The notes: generated by a model from the sequence alone, not told the origin. A stretch of 64,000 nt of DNA from Gammaproteobacteria bacterium (GCA_965238225.1 OZ250183.1:448001-512000); one strand, 5' to 3'; positions 22,401 through 31,863 are shown, numbered from the stretch's first letter. Program-made: numbers and translations.

Positions 22401-22444
22401 GTGAATAAGGCAAAAAATATAATAGATGATTTACGAATATCCAT
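19433..22444 (-). CDS. Fused MFS-like membrane domain / spermidine-synthase-fold SAM-dependent transferase with helical C-terminal extension
   Basis: About 13 hydrophobic segments with a 6+6 internal repeat, then NGKPDAS, IGMGSGLT, TIEIEP, EDAK, DIIISEPSNPW..LFT.EFY. Confidence 0.88.
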   Translation of the reverse strand: MDIRKSSIIFFALFTISGATGLIYESIWSHYLKLFLGHAAYAQALVLTIFMGGMAFGAYLTARLSVKWTNLLLIYALVEILIGCFGVVFNPFFQTVLSISHENIIPSLGTPNLVHIYKWVIGALIILPQSILLGMTFPLMSNGIIRRFPNTPGKTLGILYFTNSIGGAVGVLFSGFYLVKSVGLPGTILTAGISNILLAIIVYGIAKGYTEEPYAIKKSSSNKPALSSIKFPNLILLAAFITGMASFIYEISWIRMLSMVLGSSTHAFELMLSAFITGLAFGGLWLSRKIENIENPTQAAGYIQIAMGIMAFLTLPMYNYLFDLMGFFMSGFERNDTGYELFTLSSYFISLIVMLPATFFAGMTLPLFTFIMLNQGHGEKSIGQIYASNTLGAITGIIFTVFIGMPLLGLKFAILFACGLDILLGLFLLFRANSLAKNSMVIFTTISGIAMFALVFAFDLDKYKMNASVFRTGTVRLTETNSKMLFHKDAKTTSVGVVKYKNGFISILTNGKPDASISTHPSKTPSADEVTMITIATLPLSINPDASVIANIGMGSGLTAHALLTWPNITQVDTIEIEPAIVEGANYFRPHVENTFTDPRSKIYIEDAKTYFSTYKKDYDIIISEPSNPWVSGVSSLFTDEFYKHISNHLSEKGIFEQWIQAYEIDIGLFLSILKALKNNFSNFSLYAGDSSNLIIVARNNYAITQSGAAIFNNAATKKLLARIGINNIQDIKVRFIADQRILNPFIDKYAPATNSDYFPYLDLNATRTRFKKNNIYGLTSIRTNMIPFINILYPDEDNRERTNVSDSIHSVINQETHQAQKLFHALNNMDEITPKQHFATKLKLMTSLASTCQSIDFPRIWIGNLRTLATLTIPYLSPSELSLIWEAVTPKCEGGLNDDELNWLGFVKALSQRNSESIIAYSSRLIEQEDYWDIKEQRLYFTAQLTALIKLGKNQHAKQLWDKYIPKLYKNSSLPLILLILDGLITQNLNEETAPNGKLNAS

Positions 22445-22656
22445 TAAATTTCTCCTGATATTTGTGCAAGTTTATGCCTTATAGCCCAGTGAAGTCTTAT
22501 TAATTAAGTTTTATTAAGGGAATTTTTATTTAGGGAGTTTTTGCCAAGAACAAATTTACAATTTTCGACTTATTTTAATAATAAATCAATATAGACTACC
22601 AAGATACAGTACTTGAAAAATCAATTGACGGTCTTGCACAAATAGAAAATCTGCTT

Positions 22657-24267
22657 ATGTATTTAAATACACATTTGGAAACATCATGGAGAGCACTTCA
22701 ATACTTTAATCTCTACAGGTTTCTCATCGCTTTTTCATTTGTCGTGCTTATTTGGATAGCGCGGTTGCCCTACCCACTGGGAAGCAATGTTCCGTTTCTT
22801 TTTTCGATATCTTCTCATCTTTATTTCCTACTAACAATTATCATTGCATTTTTCATCAAGTTACAAAAGCCTCGATATCATTTGCAAATAGCTACGCATG
22901 TAATGCTGGATATTATCGCTATCGGTTTGATGATGTATGCTAGTAACGGTGTAAGCAGTGGTCTTGGCGCTTTACTTGTCATCGCAATACTCGGCGGCAG
23001 TATTTTGCATGTTGGTAGAATCGCTGTCTTTTTTGCTGCATTAGCAGTATTGATTGTTTTGGGGCAAGAGACTTACCTGCAGTTTTTCAAATACCCAGCA
23101 TCACCGAATTATACAAATGCCGGGTTTTTAGGCATCACATTCTTTGTAACGACCTTTTTTGGGCAGATTTTGGCGACAAAGGCACAAAAAAGTGAAGTAC
23201 TGGCAGCGCAGCGTGCTATTGACCTTGAGAATCTGGGCTTGTTAAATGAACATATTGTCCAGAGGATAGAATCTGGAGTCCTTGTATTGGAAGAACAATA
23301 CCGAATATGTCTGCTAAATGAAGCTGCAAGACGTTTACTTGGGCTGCATGATAAGCAGCATCAGGAACTCAAAAATAGTGTTCCAGAATTGTTTAGACAC
23401 ATAACTTATTGGGCTCAAAAAGGAGGTCGGCGGACAATCATATTCAGACCCACGCAGGGCAGTGTTGATATACAAGCATCATTTACCAGATTAAATCCTG
23501 CGTCAGAGTTTGGTATTTTGGTCTTTCTTGAAGATGTTGCACAAATACGCCAGCATGCCCAGAATTTAAAGGCGGCTTCACTAGGCCGTTTGTCTGCGAG
23601 TATCGCACATGAAGTTAGAAATCCACTGGGTGCGATCAGCCATGCCAGTCAGCTTTTATCCGAATCAGAATCTCTTGGCAAGGAAGATGAGCGGCTTGCT
23701 AATATTATCGTGCATCATACCAAACGGGTAAACAGGATCATTGAAAACATGATGCGCATTAGCAGGCGTGAAGCCGCAATGCCAGAAAATATTAATCTTG
23801 GTGAATGGATGCAAGGTTTTATTGCAGAATTTATTAGCCAGAAACAAATGCAAGAAGCAGATATCCACATAAAAAAATCGTTGAATACTGTTATTGTTCG
23901 CATGGATGTCAGTCAATTACATCAAGTCCTCTGGAATCTCAGTGAAAATGCATTACGACACAGTGTGGAGCAACCGACAATAGAATACCAATGGGGGCTG
24001 CGCAAAAGCACTGGCAACCCGTATTTGGATATTATAGATCGTTGCTCGGGAGTACCTGAGGCTATTGCTGCGCAATTATTTGAGCCATTCTTTACTACGG
24101 ATGTTAAAGGTTCTGGTTTGGGTCTGTATATTTCCCGTGAATTATGCGAAGCAAACCAAGCTTCTTTAGTGCTGGTTAAAAATAATACCGAGGGATGTTG
24201 TTTTCGGATACAGTTCGCACACGCAAGTGGCGCAAATATAGAAGAATATCAAGATTTATCGTGCTAA
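22657..24267 (+). CDS. pilS: Sensor histidine kinase PilS
   Basis: N-terminal multi-TM region (FNLYR), H-box ASIAHEVRNPL, N-box NLSENALRH, FEPFFTT, GSGLGLY; upstream of pilR. Confidence 0.93.
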   Translation: MYLNTHLETSWRALQYFNLYRFLIAFSFVVLIWIARLPYPLGSNVPFLFSISSHLYFLLTIIIAFFIKLQKPRYHLQIATHVMLDIIAIGLMMYASNGVSSGLGALLVIAILGGSILHVGRIAVFFAALAVLIVLGQETYLQFFKYPASPNYTNAGFLGITFFVTTFFGQILATKAQKSEVLAAQRAIDLENLGLLNEHIVQRIESGVLVLEEQYRICLLNEAARRLLGLHDKQHQELKNSVPELFRHITYWAQKGGRRTIIFRPTQGSVDIQASFTRLNPASEFGILVFLEDVAQIRQHAQNLKAASLGRLSASIAHEVRNPLGAISHASQLLSESESLGKEDERLANIIVHHTKRVNRIIENMMRISRREAAMPENINLGEWMQGFIAEFISQKQMQEADIHIKKSLNTVIVRMDVSQLHQVLWNLSENALRHSVEQPTIEYQWGLRKSTGNPYLDIIDRCSGVPEAIAAQLFEPFFTTDVKGSGLGLYISRELCEANQASLVLVKNNTEGCCFRIQFAHASGANIEEYQDLSC

Positions 24268-24296
24268 TTTATTGTATTAAACAAGAACACTGGTCA

Positions 24297-25642
24297 TGAA
24301 AAATAAACTGGCGCTAATTATTGATGATGAACCTGATATCAGGGAATTACTGGAGATTACATTGGCGCGTATGGATATTGATTGTATTTCAGCTGAGAAT
24401 TTGCAGGATGCCTATGAACTATTAAAAAATCATAAGTTTGATATTTGCTTGACTGATATGCGCTTGCCTGATGGGGATGGACTTAATCTGGTTGCCTTTA
24501 TTCAAGATAACAACCCACAATTGCCAGTTGCGGTTATTACTGCACACGGCAACATGGAGTCAGCAATACAGGCATTAAAATCCGGAGCATTTGATTTTTT
24601 AAGCAAGCCAATAAATCTTGAGGTTTTGCGAACCTTGATAAGATCTGCGCTTAAACTTGCAGCCTCTGATGCTGCATTGCTATACAATCTTATCGGCAAT
24701 ACAGACATTATTGATGTAACCAGAAAAATGATCAGTAAGTTGGCAAGGAGCCAAGCGCCTGTTTGCATCAGAGGAGAATCAGGCACAGGCAAAGAATTGG
24801 TTGCCAGAATGATTCATGAGCAAAGCACGAGATATGCAGGAAAATTTGTTCCAGTAAATTGCGGTGCGATTCCCACTGAATTAATGGAAAGTGAATTATT
24901 TGGACATGTCAAAGGTAGTTTTACCGGGGCTATTTCCGACAAAAAAGGCTTGTTTCGTACTGCTCAAGGAGGCACGCTGTTTTTTGATGAAATAGCCGAA
25001 TTACCGCTGCATATGCAGGTTAAATTATTGCGTGTCATTCAGGAAAAAACCATAAGACCTGTGGGGGGTACCAGTGAAATACCTGTCGATGTGCGTATTC
25101 TAAGCGCAACCCATCAATGTCTTGATACTTTGGTAGGGGCAGGAAAATTCCGAAAAGATCTATTTTACCGCATCAATGTCATGGAGATATATGTACCTGC
25201 TTTGCGGGAGCGCACAGAAGATATTCCTTTATTAGCAGAGCATATACTCGCGCGAATAGGCAATAAGACGGGGCGGAAAATACCGAGTTTATCCAAAAAA
25301 GCATTAAGCAAACTACAATCCTATTCATTTCCTGGCAATATTCGTGAGCTGGAAAATATACTTGAATACACACATGCCTTGCTTGAAAATGATGTTATTA
25401 CTCCAGAAGATTTACGCTTAAAGCAAGAGCCACAAGCGTCAAAACAGGGTAAATCAGCGCATGAGGAATTGAATTCCAATTCTATTTCTCTAAAACACCA
25501 GCTTGGTAATGCCGAGAAAAAGGCGATTTTGGAAGCGTTGCATCAAACCCGTTGGAATCGAACCAAAGCCGCCAAAAAATTAGGCTTGAGTTTGCGTTCG
25601 TTGCGTTATCGCCTTGAGAAATTTGGTTTAGAAAACAAGTGA
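24297..25642 (+). CDS. pilR: Sigma54-dependent response regulator PilR
   Basis: Receiver domain (DDEPDI, TDMRLPDG), AAA+ GESGTGKE and GSFTGA, Fis-type HTH TRWNRTKAAK.LG; ORF track start 24296. Confidence 0.95.
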
Positions 25643-25782
25643 TTTAGATGAAGTAAGCTATTTTAGAGCATAGGCGATTTAGAAAACAATTATAAGAAAC
25701 CAGACAAAATAATTGTAAATCTAATAAATACTTTAAATCATATTGGTCGTCTCATAGCCACGCACCATATGCACTTAAAGGC

Positions 25783-25815
25783 TGACGTAAATTGTCACTT
25801 TTAGACAAAATTGTA
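25783..25815. promoter_or_regulatory. Candidate PilR upstream activator sites
   Basis: Palindrome TGAC-GTAAATT-GTCA (25783-25797) and a second imperfect copy GACAAAATTGTA, about 130-160 bp upstream of the sigma54 site. Confidence 0.55.
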
Positions 25816-25875
25816 TTAAAATAATCTGCCTGTTTGATCATTGTTTTGCCTTACAATGTTTTTTAAATAAATAAT

Positions 25876-25888
25876 TAAGTGACTGTTT
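25876..25888 (-). promoter_or_regulatory. Candidate IHF site
   Basis: Minus strand AAACAG-TCAC-TTA, one mismatch to WATCARNNNNTTR, between the enhancer sites and the sigma54 promoter. Confidence 0.45.
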
Positions 25889-25941
25889 ATTAAAACTTTA
25901 TTATGTTTATTAACATTATTATTAATCGTTTAATTATTTTT

Positions 25942-25956
25942 TGGCACAATATATGC
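25942..25956 (+). promoter_or_regulatory. Sigma54 (-24/-12) promoter of pilA
   Basis: TGGCAC-AATAT-ATGC with exact GG-N10-GC spacing, between pilR and the pilin gene. Confidence 0.8.
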
Positions 25957-26304
25957 CGCCTGTTTGTTTGCAGGCGTTTCGTTTAAGTCAGCGTCATTAA
26001 CTTAAGGCTTTTGTTGACAAAGACTCTCGTTTGATAATAGTCATTAACGATTTATTGCATTTATGATTCGTTAACCTTAGGATGCTGTGCCTTATTGCGG
26101 GTGTTCATGTCTAGTATGGATATTGTCTTAGACGGATATTATCTTACGATGGACATGACATAGATCAATATGTTTTGAGTTTTTTAAGTTGTAAGTTTCC
26201 TTGGGTTTTTAGTAGTTTGGTTTTTAGTAGTTTCTTTAAGTTGATAGTTTTAATTGTTATTATTGGCTTTTAATTTTATTACATTGTTTGAGGATATAAA
26301 TATC

Positions 26305-26721
26305 ATGAAAAATATACAACAAAACAGGCAACAAGGTTTTACCTTGATAGAACTCATGATCGTGGTTGCGATTATTGGTATTTTGGCCGCAATTGCGTTG
26401 CCAGCCTATCAGGACTATACCATTAGGGCGACAGCAGGAGCTGCCTTGGCTTCGGTTACAGGTGGCAAGTTAGGCTACGAGCTCGCTGTGGCTTCAGGAG
26501 ATACCCCAAGTATCGACGCCAGCGAGGATGGTTTTATTGGTATAACAGATGCAAGTGGTGACTGTGCAATTACATTAGGCGCCAGTTCGATAATATGTAC
26601 CATTAAAAATGGGCCAGCCGCTGTGAAAGGCAAACTCATTACGTGGGAACGTGATACAAACGGAGTGTGGTCATGTACTACAGACGTGGCAGCGAAGCAT
26701 GCACCAGGTCAATGTGGATGA
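26305..26721 (+). CDS. pilA: Type IVa major pilin
   Basis: Class III signal QQG|[27 protein letters not shown], four Cys with C-terminal disulfide loop; SD GAGGA at 26290. Confidence 0.95.
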   Translation: MKNIQQNRQQGFTLIELMIVVAIIGILAAIALPAYQDYTIRATAGAALASVTGGKLGYELAVASGDTPSIDASEDGFIGITDASGDCAITLGASSIICTIKNGPAAVKGKLITWERDTNGVWSCTTDVAAKHAPGQCG

Positions 26722-26816
26722 TAGTTAAGAAACTATAAGTGATGCTTAATTGCTTGCCAGATTAATTCTGGCGTATGTATAGGCGTTGTTTATAAGTGTA
26801 AAAAATAAGCATCAAG

Positions 26817-26858
26817 AAACGCACACCGTCGTTGTATTTGTCGGTGTGCGTTTTTTTA
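26817..26858 (+). terminator. Rho-independent terminator after pilA
   Basis: AAACGCACACCG / CGGTGTGCGTTT inverted repeat followed by a T-run. Confidence 0.9.
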
Positions 26859-27105
26859 TGAATTCAGATCTATAAATTCTAAAAAAAATTAAAACTATCA
26901 TTTGATTTCGCTAAAGTTTATTTAAGAGTACGCATTTCCTCTGCGTGTATTTAAGTGATGTTTTTTCATCTGTATCTTTTTAAATTATGATTCTTGCCTT
27001 TAAGGTTTTGTGTTTTTATATTTTTATGCTGTAGCTTTTATCAAGTATGCTGCATTGAACTGCCTACTTTGAATTTCTTTTGAATCTCTAAAGGGATAGT
27101 AGAAC

Positions 27106-27561
27106 ATGAAGAATAGACAGCCACAAAATACACAACAAGGTTTTACCTTGATAGAGCTCATGATCGTGGTTGCGATCATTGGTATTTTGACCTCAGTTGT
27201 ATTGCCGGTCTATCAGGATTACACCAAAAAGGCGCAGTTAGTGGCTATTTCAGCAGAGCTTTTAAGTGCTAGGAAAGGGTTTGATCTGGTAATAGCTGCA
27301 GGAGAGATGCCAAGCAATGACCCAAGTACTGTTGGCTGGATTGGTGTGGAAGCTGGGCTTACCAGTATAGGTGGTGTATGCCAGATATTCGTCCACCCAG
27401 CAGATGTTCACTCAGGAATAACGTGCTGGATTAAAAAAGAGCCGTTCAAGTCAGATGCCGTTCAATTGTGGTATGACGCAAACGCCAGAACTCCTTGGAA
27501 TTGTGATGCCACAAGCCTGCCTGGCGCGTATCAGCAGTACGTGGATTCGACTCTTTGTTAA
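27106..27561 (+). CDS. Second type IVa pilin (pilA paralogue)
   Basis: QQG|[27 protein letters not shown], four Cys, divergent globular domain. Confidence 0.92.
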   Translation: MKNRQPQNTQQGFTLIELMIVVAIIGILTSVVLPVYQDYTKKAQLVAISAELLSARKGFDLVIAAGEMPSNDPSTVGWIGVEAGLTSIGGVCQIFVHPADVHSGITCWIKKEPFKSDAVQLWYDANARTPWNCDATSLPGAYQQYVDSTLC

Positions 27562-27705
27562 AAATGTTCTGGGCTGTAAAGCTTCTTTGTTAAAATCAGC
27601 TTGTTCCATAGATATTCAGTGAAATTTGTGCTGATATAGAAAGCAAGCTGTAAATAGCAAAAGAGTTATATGCAGTCTTGGAATATAAATTATCTGAACA
27701 TAAAA

Positions 27706-28737
27706 TTATTTAAACAAATAGTTTAAATAAATCCCTGTAAAAATAACCATGCCATACCATTGGTTGTTCAGAAATGCCCGGAAACAATTTTTGGCTATTC
27801 TATCCTTGATTAAATATTGTTGATAGACCGAGAGCAATGAAGCAAAGGCTACACCAGTGAAGTAATACTTTCCCAGTTCCAGTTTGTACCCAGCCAGTAT
27901 TTGAGAAAATAAAATCATTATTTGGATCAATCCTATAATAATTTTGTCAGCATCATCGAATAATATTGCGGTAGATTTAATACCTGCTTTTATATCGTCC
28001 ACCCTATCAACCATGGCATACATGGTGTCATAGACAATTGCCCAAAGCACTGTCGTGATAAAAAGCAACCATGCAATATCAGGAATAGAATTTGTTTGTG
28101 CTGCAAATGCCATGGGGATTGACCAAGCAAAAGCTAAGCCTAAAAATACTTGCGGCAAATAAGTTACTCGTTTCATAAAGGGATAGATAATGGCGAGAAA
28201 CACGCCAACAAAAGATAATTTGAAGGTGAAATCATTCAGATTTAATACGAGTATTAACGCACAAAACAGCAATACTGTGAAAAGACCCATCGCCTCATAA
28301 AATTTTACTTTTCCTGAAGTGATTGGTCTGTCGCGTGTCCTTGATATATGGCGGTCAAAATTACGGTCTGCAAGGTCATTAAGGACGCATCCAGATGAAC
28401 GCATAACAACAACACCGAGAACAAAAATGATTAATATATCTAAATGAGGAGCACCTTTAGAAGCAATCCATAATGCCCATAGAGTAGGCCATAACAGAAG
28501 TAGAATACCTATAGGCTTGTCAAGTCGCATGAGGTAATAATATTGGGTAAGTCTATTTTTTATAAATGGCCATTTTGATTGTATGACTTTAGCCGTAGTG
28601 TTGCAGTACTGTTGCAATCTTATTCGTGTTTCTTTAGTAAATCTCATAACTGTCGCACTAAGACGACAGGATATCGCAATCATTTTATTGCTATATATTT
28701 TTACAATAAGCACTATTTTTTTAAAAAGTTGATGCAT
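27706..28737 (-). CDS. ubiA: 4-hydroxybenzoate octaprenyltransferase (start may lie further downstream)
   Basis: RLDKPIG.LLLLWP, NDLADR.FD, YDTMYAMVDR.DD. Confidence 0.96.
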   Translation of the reverse strand: MHQLFKKIVLIVKIYSNKMIAISCRLSATVMRFTKETRIRLQQYCNTTAKVIQSKWPFIKNRLTQYYYLMRLDKPIGILLLLWPTLWALWIASKGAPHLDILIIFVLGVVVMRSSGCVLNDLADRNFDRHISRTRDRPITSGKVKFYEAMGLFTVLLFCALILVLNLNDFTFKLSFVGVFLAIIYPFMKRVTYLPQVFLGLAFAWSIPMAFAAQTNSIPDIAWLLFITTVLWAIVYDTMYAMVDRVDDIKAGIKSTAILFDDADKIIIGLIQIMILFSQILAGYKLELGKYYFTGVAFASLLSVYQQYLIKDRIAKNCFRAFLNNQWYGMVIFTGIYLNYLFK

Positions 28738-29297
28738 TTAATTGCTTCGGGTAATAAAAATTCTATAAGAAGTAATGGTTTATTTCGTATATGAAAAATT
28801 GAGCGTCTTCCCCAGAGTAGGCTGTCTTCGTCAATATCAATATTATATATTGGTTCATAAGGAATATTTGAAGTCTTTACTCCTGAAGTTTCTATATTTC
28901 TCCTATAAATCAGTTTATTCGAAAACAGATAGTCACCTAAAGGTTGGCTACCCCAGTGCGCGAGTCTTTTAGCTCCTAATAATGTGTGTGGAGGGATTAC
29001 AGTGCGCGCATATACCCAAGGCAGGTTGTTGCAGGTCAGAAATATCTCGCGTATCAGGCTATATCCGCTACTACGAACAGCAAGTAATTTAGACTCATCA
29101 GAATGTGGCTTTCTCCATGATTGTGCCTCAATATTTAACGAGATTCTATTCGATGAAAAATATTCCAAGTGTCTAATAAGTGAGCCAGTATCAAGCAAGC
29201 ACTTTCTGATATTACTAGATAGAGAATTGTTGGCTACGAGCCTGGCATCTTTCCATTTTATGGGCACAGGCTTAGAGCCTTTTAATAAACTACACAT
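28713..29297 (-). CDS. ubiC: Chorismate pyruvate-lyase
   Basis: LLDTGSL, REI.L, WVYARTVIP, PLG.YLF, WGRRS, PLLLIEFLLP; upstream of ubiA. Confidence 0.92.
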   Translation of the reverse strand: MCSLLKGSKPVPIKWKDARLVANNSLSSNIRKCLLDTGSLIRHLEYFSSNRISLNIEAQSWRKPHSDESKLLAVRSSGYSLIREIFLTCNNLPWVYARTVIPPHTLLGAKRLAHWGSQPLGDYLFSNKLIYRRNIETSGVKTSNIPYEPIYNIDIDEDSLLWGRRSIFHIRNKPLLLIEFLLPEAIKCINFLKK

Positions 29298-31386
29298 TAC
29301 TATACTTAAGTTCCTTGGTCAGCCAGCGCTTGATTAGTAGATTTATTTGTTTTGGATATTTTTCTTGTAATATCTTTGTTGCCAGTTGAACATCGGCAAG
29401 TAACTTTGAATCTCGGAGGATATCTGCAATACGCAGGCTAGGCAGTCCGGTTTGTCGTGTGCCAGCCAGCTCGCCATGCCCTCTAAGCTGTAAATCTTTT
29501 TCAGCAATCTCAAAACCATCGTTTGTATTTCGCAGTGTCTCTAGCCTAGCACGTGCTAAATCCCCCAAAGGAGTTTGATACATTAAAATACAATCACTTT
29601 TTATATTGCCACGACCTACTCGACCGCGCAATTGATGTAGTTGAAACAGACCCAGTCGTTCGGCATTTTCAATAATCATAAGACTTGCATTTGGGGCATC
29701 AACGCCGACTTCAATAACGGTTGTTGCAACCAGTAATTGTATTTTGTTACTTTTAAAAGATGCCATAATGGCTTCCTTTTCTTTATTTTTCATTCTGCCA
29801 TGGATTAAGCCAACTTGAACACCGTTGAGTTTTTCCGACAGTTGCTTAAATGTTTCGGCGGCAGTCTGGCATTGTAATACTTCTGATTCTTCGATTAATG
29901 TACATACCCAATAAGCCTGTCGACCATTATCACAAGCTGTTTTTATCCTAGCACTTATATCATTGCGACGATCGTTTGAGATAACTACGGTATTAATATC
30001 TTGCCTGTTAGGCAGTGGGGTATCAATGATTGATATATCCAAATCTGCATAGACTGTCATAGCCAGTGTTCTAGGTATCGGCGTAGCTGTCATGATTAAC
30101 TGGTGTGGCATGCAATCTTTCACGATGCCCTTATTTAGTAAAGAAAGCCTTTGATGAACGCCAAATCGATGTTGCTCATCGATGATAATCAGGCCCAGAT
30201 CTATAAATGTAATGTCTTTTTGAAACAAAGCGTGTGTGCCAATGACAATGATGTGCTGTTTATTTTTAAGTATATTGAGGTTTAAATTACGTTCTGATTT
30301 TGATGTTTTCCCAGTTATTAACAATATTTCAATATTCAAATCTTGAAACCATTGGCTGAATGTCTGGAAATGTTGTTCAGCCAATAACTCTGTTGGTACC
30401 ATGAGCGCTACCTGACAATTAGATTGCGCAACATATAAAGCAGAAAGTGCCGCTACCACTGTTTTTCCTGAGCCGACATCACCTTGTAATAGCCTTAACA
30501 TAGGCATATTTTTCTGTAAATCTTGTTCTATTTCTCGCAAAACTTTTTCTTGCGCGGGAGTTAAAGAGAAATCCAGTTGCTGCATAAATTTATTTCTTAA
30601 TTGACCTTGGCACTTCATGGGGATAGCTTGCAATTCTTGTGTCTTTTGCCGAATCCGCTGCCAGTTTAAATGCTGGCTGAGTAATTCTTCAAAGGAGAGT
30701 CTTTGTTGTGTCGGGTGTTGGCATTCCTTCAATAATTGTAAATCTGCCTCTTGCGGTGGGCGGTGCACATAGTCTAAGGCATGAATCAGACCCGGCAGTT
30801 CAAAAGTTACTAGGAGTTCACTAGGTAATAATTCGACCGGTTTGTTTTTATGATTGTTTAACACATCCAAAGCCTGCGAAGTGAGTTTTTGCAGAGTCCT
30901 TTGTTGCAGACCGTCTGTCAGTGGATATATTGCAGTCAGTTGCTTATCAATCACAGGTGAATTATTTGGATCAATATTTCTATATTCAGGGTGCGCTATC
31001 TCTAAGGTATGTCTGCCTTTTCTGATTTGCCCATAACAACGCAGGACACCGCCTTTTTCAAGTCGTTGTTTCTGGGCTCTGGAAAAATGGAAGAATCTTA
31101 GCGTCAAGGTTCCTGTACCATCGTTAATTAAGCAGAGTAGGGAGCGTCTGCGGCCAAATTTAATTTTGGTGATCTCTATTGTTCCCTCAACCAGAGCTTC
31201 CTGCCCAGCTTGTAGATTGCCTATAAGAGAAAGCCGTGTCTTATCTTGGTAGCGCAAAGGTAAGTGAAACAGGCAATCTTGAATCGTCAAAATTCCTATG
31301 CGGCTTAATTTCTCTTCTATTTTAGAGCCGACTCCTAGTAGTTCTGAAACGGAGTCAGTGAGTGCAAGAGAAGTTTTATTGCCCAA
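29290..31386 (-). CDS. recG: ATP-dependent DNA helicase RecG
   Basis: HLPLRYQD, QGDVGSGKT, DEQHRFG, MTATPIPRTL, QLRGRVGRG. Confidence 0.98.
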   Translation of the reverse strand: MGNKTSLALTDSVSELLGVGSKIEEKLSRIGILTIQDCLFHLPLRYQDKTRLSLIGNLQAGQEALVEGTIEITKIKFGRRRSLLCLINDGTGTLTLRFFHFSRAQKQRLEKGGVLRCYGQIRKGRHTLEIAHPEYRNIDPNNSPVIDKQLTAIYPLTDGLQQRTLQKLTSQALDVLNNHKNKPVELLPSELLVTFELPGLIHALDYVHRPPQEADLQLLKECQHPTQQRLSFEELLSQHLNWQRIRQKTQELQAIPMKCQGQLRNKFMQQLDFSLTPAQEKVLREIEQDLQKNMPMLRLLQGDVGSGKTVVAALSALYVAQSNCQVALMVPTELLAEQHFQTFSQWFQDLNIEILLITGKTSKSERNLNLNILKNKQHIIVIGTHALFQKDITFIDLGLIIIDEQHRFGVHQRLSLLNKGIVKDCMPHQLIMTATPIPRTLAMTVYADLDISIIDTPLPNRQDINTVVISNDRRNDISARIKTACDNGRQAYWVCTLIEESEVLQCQTAAETFKQLSEKLNGVQVGLIHGRMKNKEKEAIMASFKSNKIQLLVATTVIEVGVDAPNASLMIIENAERLGLFQLHQLRGRVGRGNIKSDCILMYQTPLGDLARARLETLRNTNDGFEIAEKDLQLRGHGELAGTRQTGLPSLRIADILRDSKLLADVQLATKILQEKYPKQINLLIKRWLTKELKYSNV

Positions 31387-31402
31387 AATTAGCTGCTTAT
31401 AA

Positions 31403-31789
31403 TTATTCAGGCAAGACTAAAATGGCATCCATCTCAATCAAAGCAGCTTTGGGCAACTGAGCTACACCGACAGTTGCCCTTGCTGGATATGGTTGATTGA
31501 AAAACTCAGACATAACTTCATTGACTAAAGGGAAATGACTAAGGTCAGTTAGATAAATGTTCAGCTTCGCTACGTCATCTGATGAACCGCCTGCTACCTT
31601 GGCAATTGCCATGAGGTTATTGAATACTTGGGTAATTTGTATGCGCATATCACCTTCAACAAGCTCCATAGTATATGGTGAAAGTGGAATTTGTCCTGAT
31701 ATATAAACAGTGTTGTCAATCTTTACAGCCTGTGAGTAAGTGCCTATTGCCTGTGGTGCTTTATCTGTAGAAATTATATTTTTTGTCAT
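31403..31789 (-). CDS. ridA: RidA/YjgF family enamine deaminase
   Basis: [23 protein letters not shown]...IEMDA. Confidence 0.93.
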   Translation of the reverse strand: MTKNIISTDKAPQAIGTYSQAVKIDNTVYISGQIPLSPYTMELVEGDMRIQITQVFNNLMAIAKVAGGSSDDVAKLNIYLTDLSHFPLVNEVMSEFFNQPYPARATVGVAQLPKAALIEMDAILVLPE

Positions 31790-31863
31790 TATAGATGTTT
31801 CTCCAAACATTAATTTTAAGCGATGCCATTAGCAACGAATATAATAAAAAAACAGTATTTATA

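Noticed and set aside
29290-31386. recG near tandem pilins as a Neisseria-type antigenic variation system
   Set aside because: recG sits in its usual spoT-ridA-recG context and no G-quadruplex motif is visible upstream of pilA.
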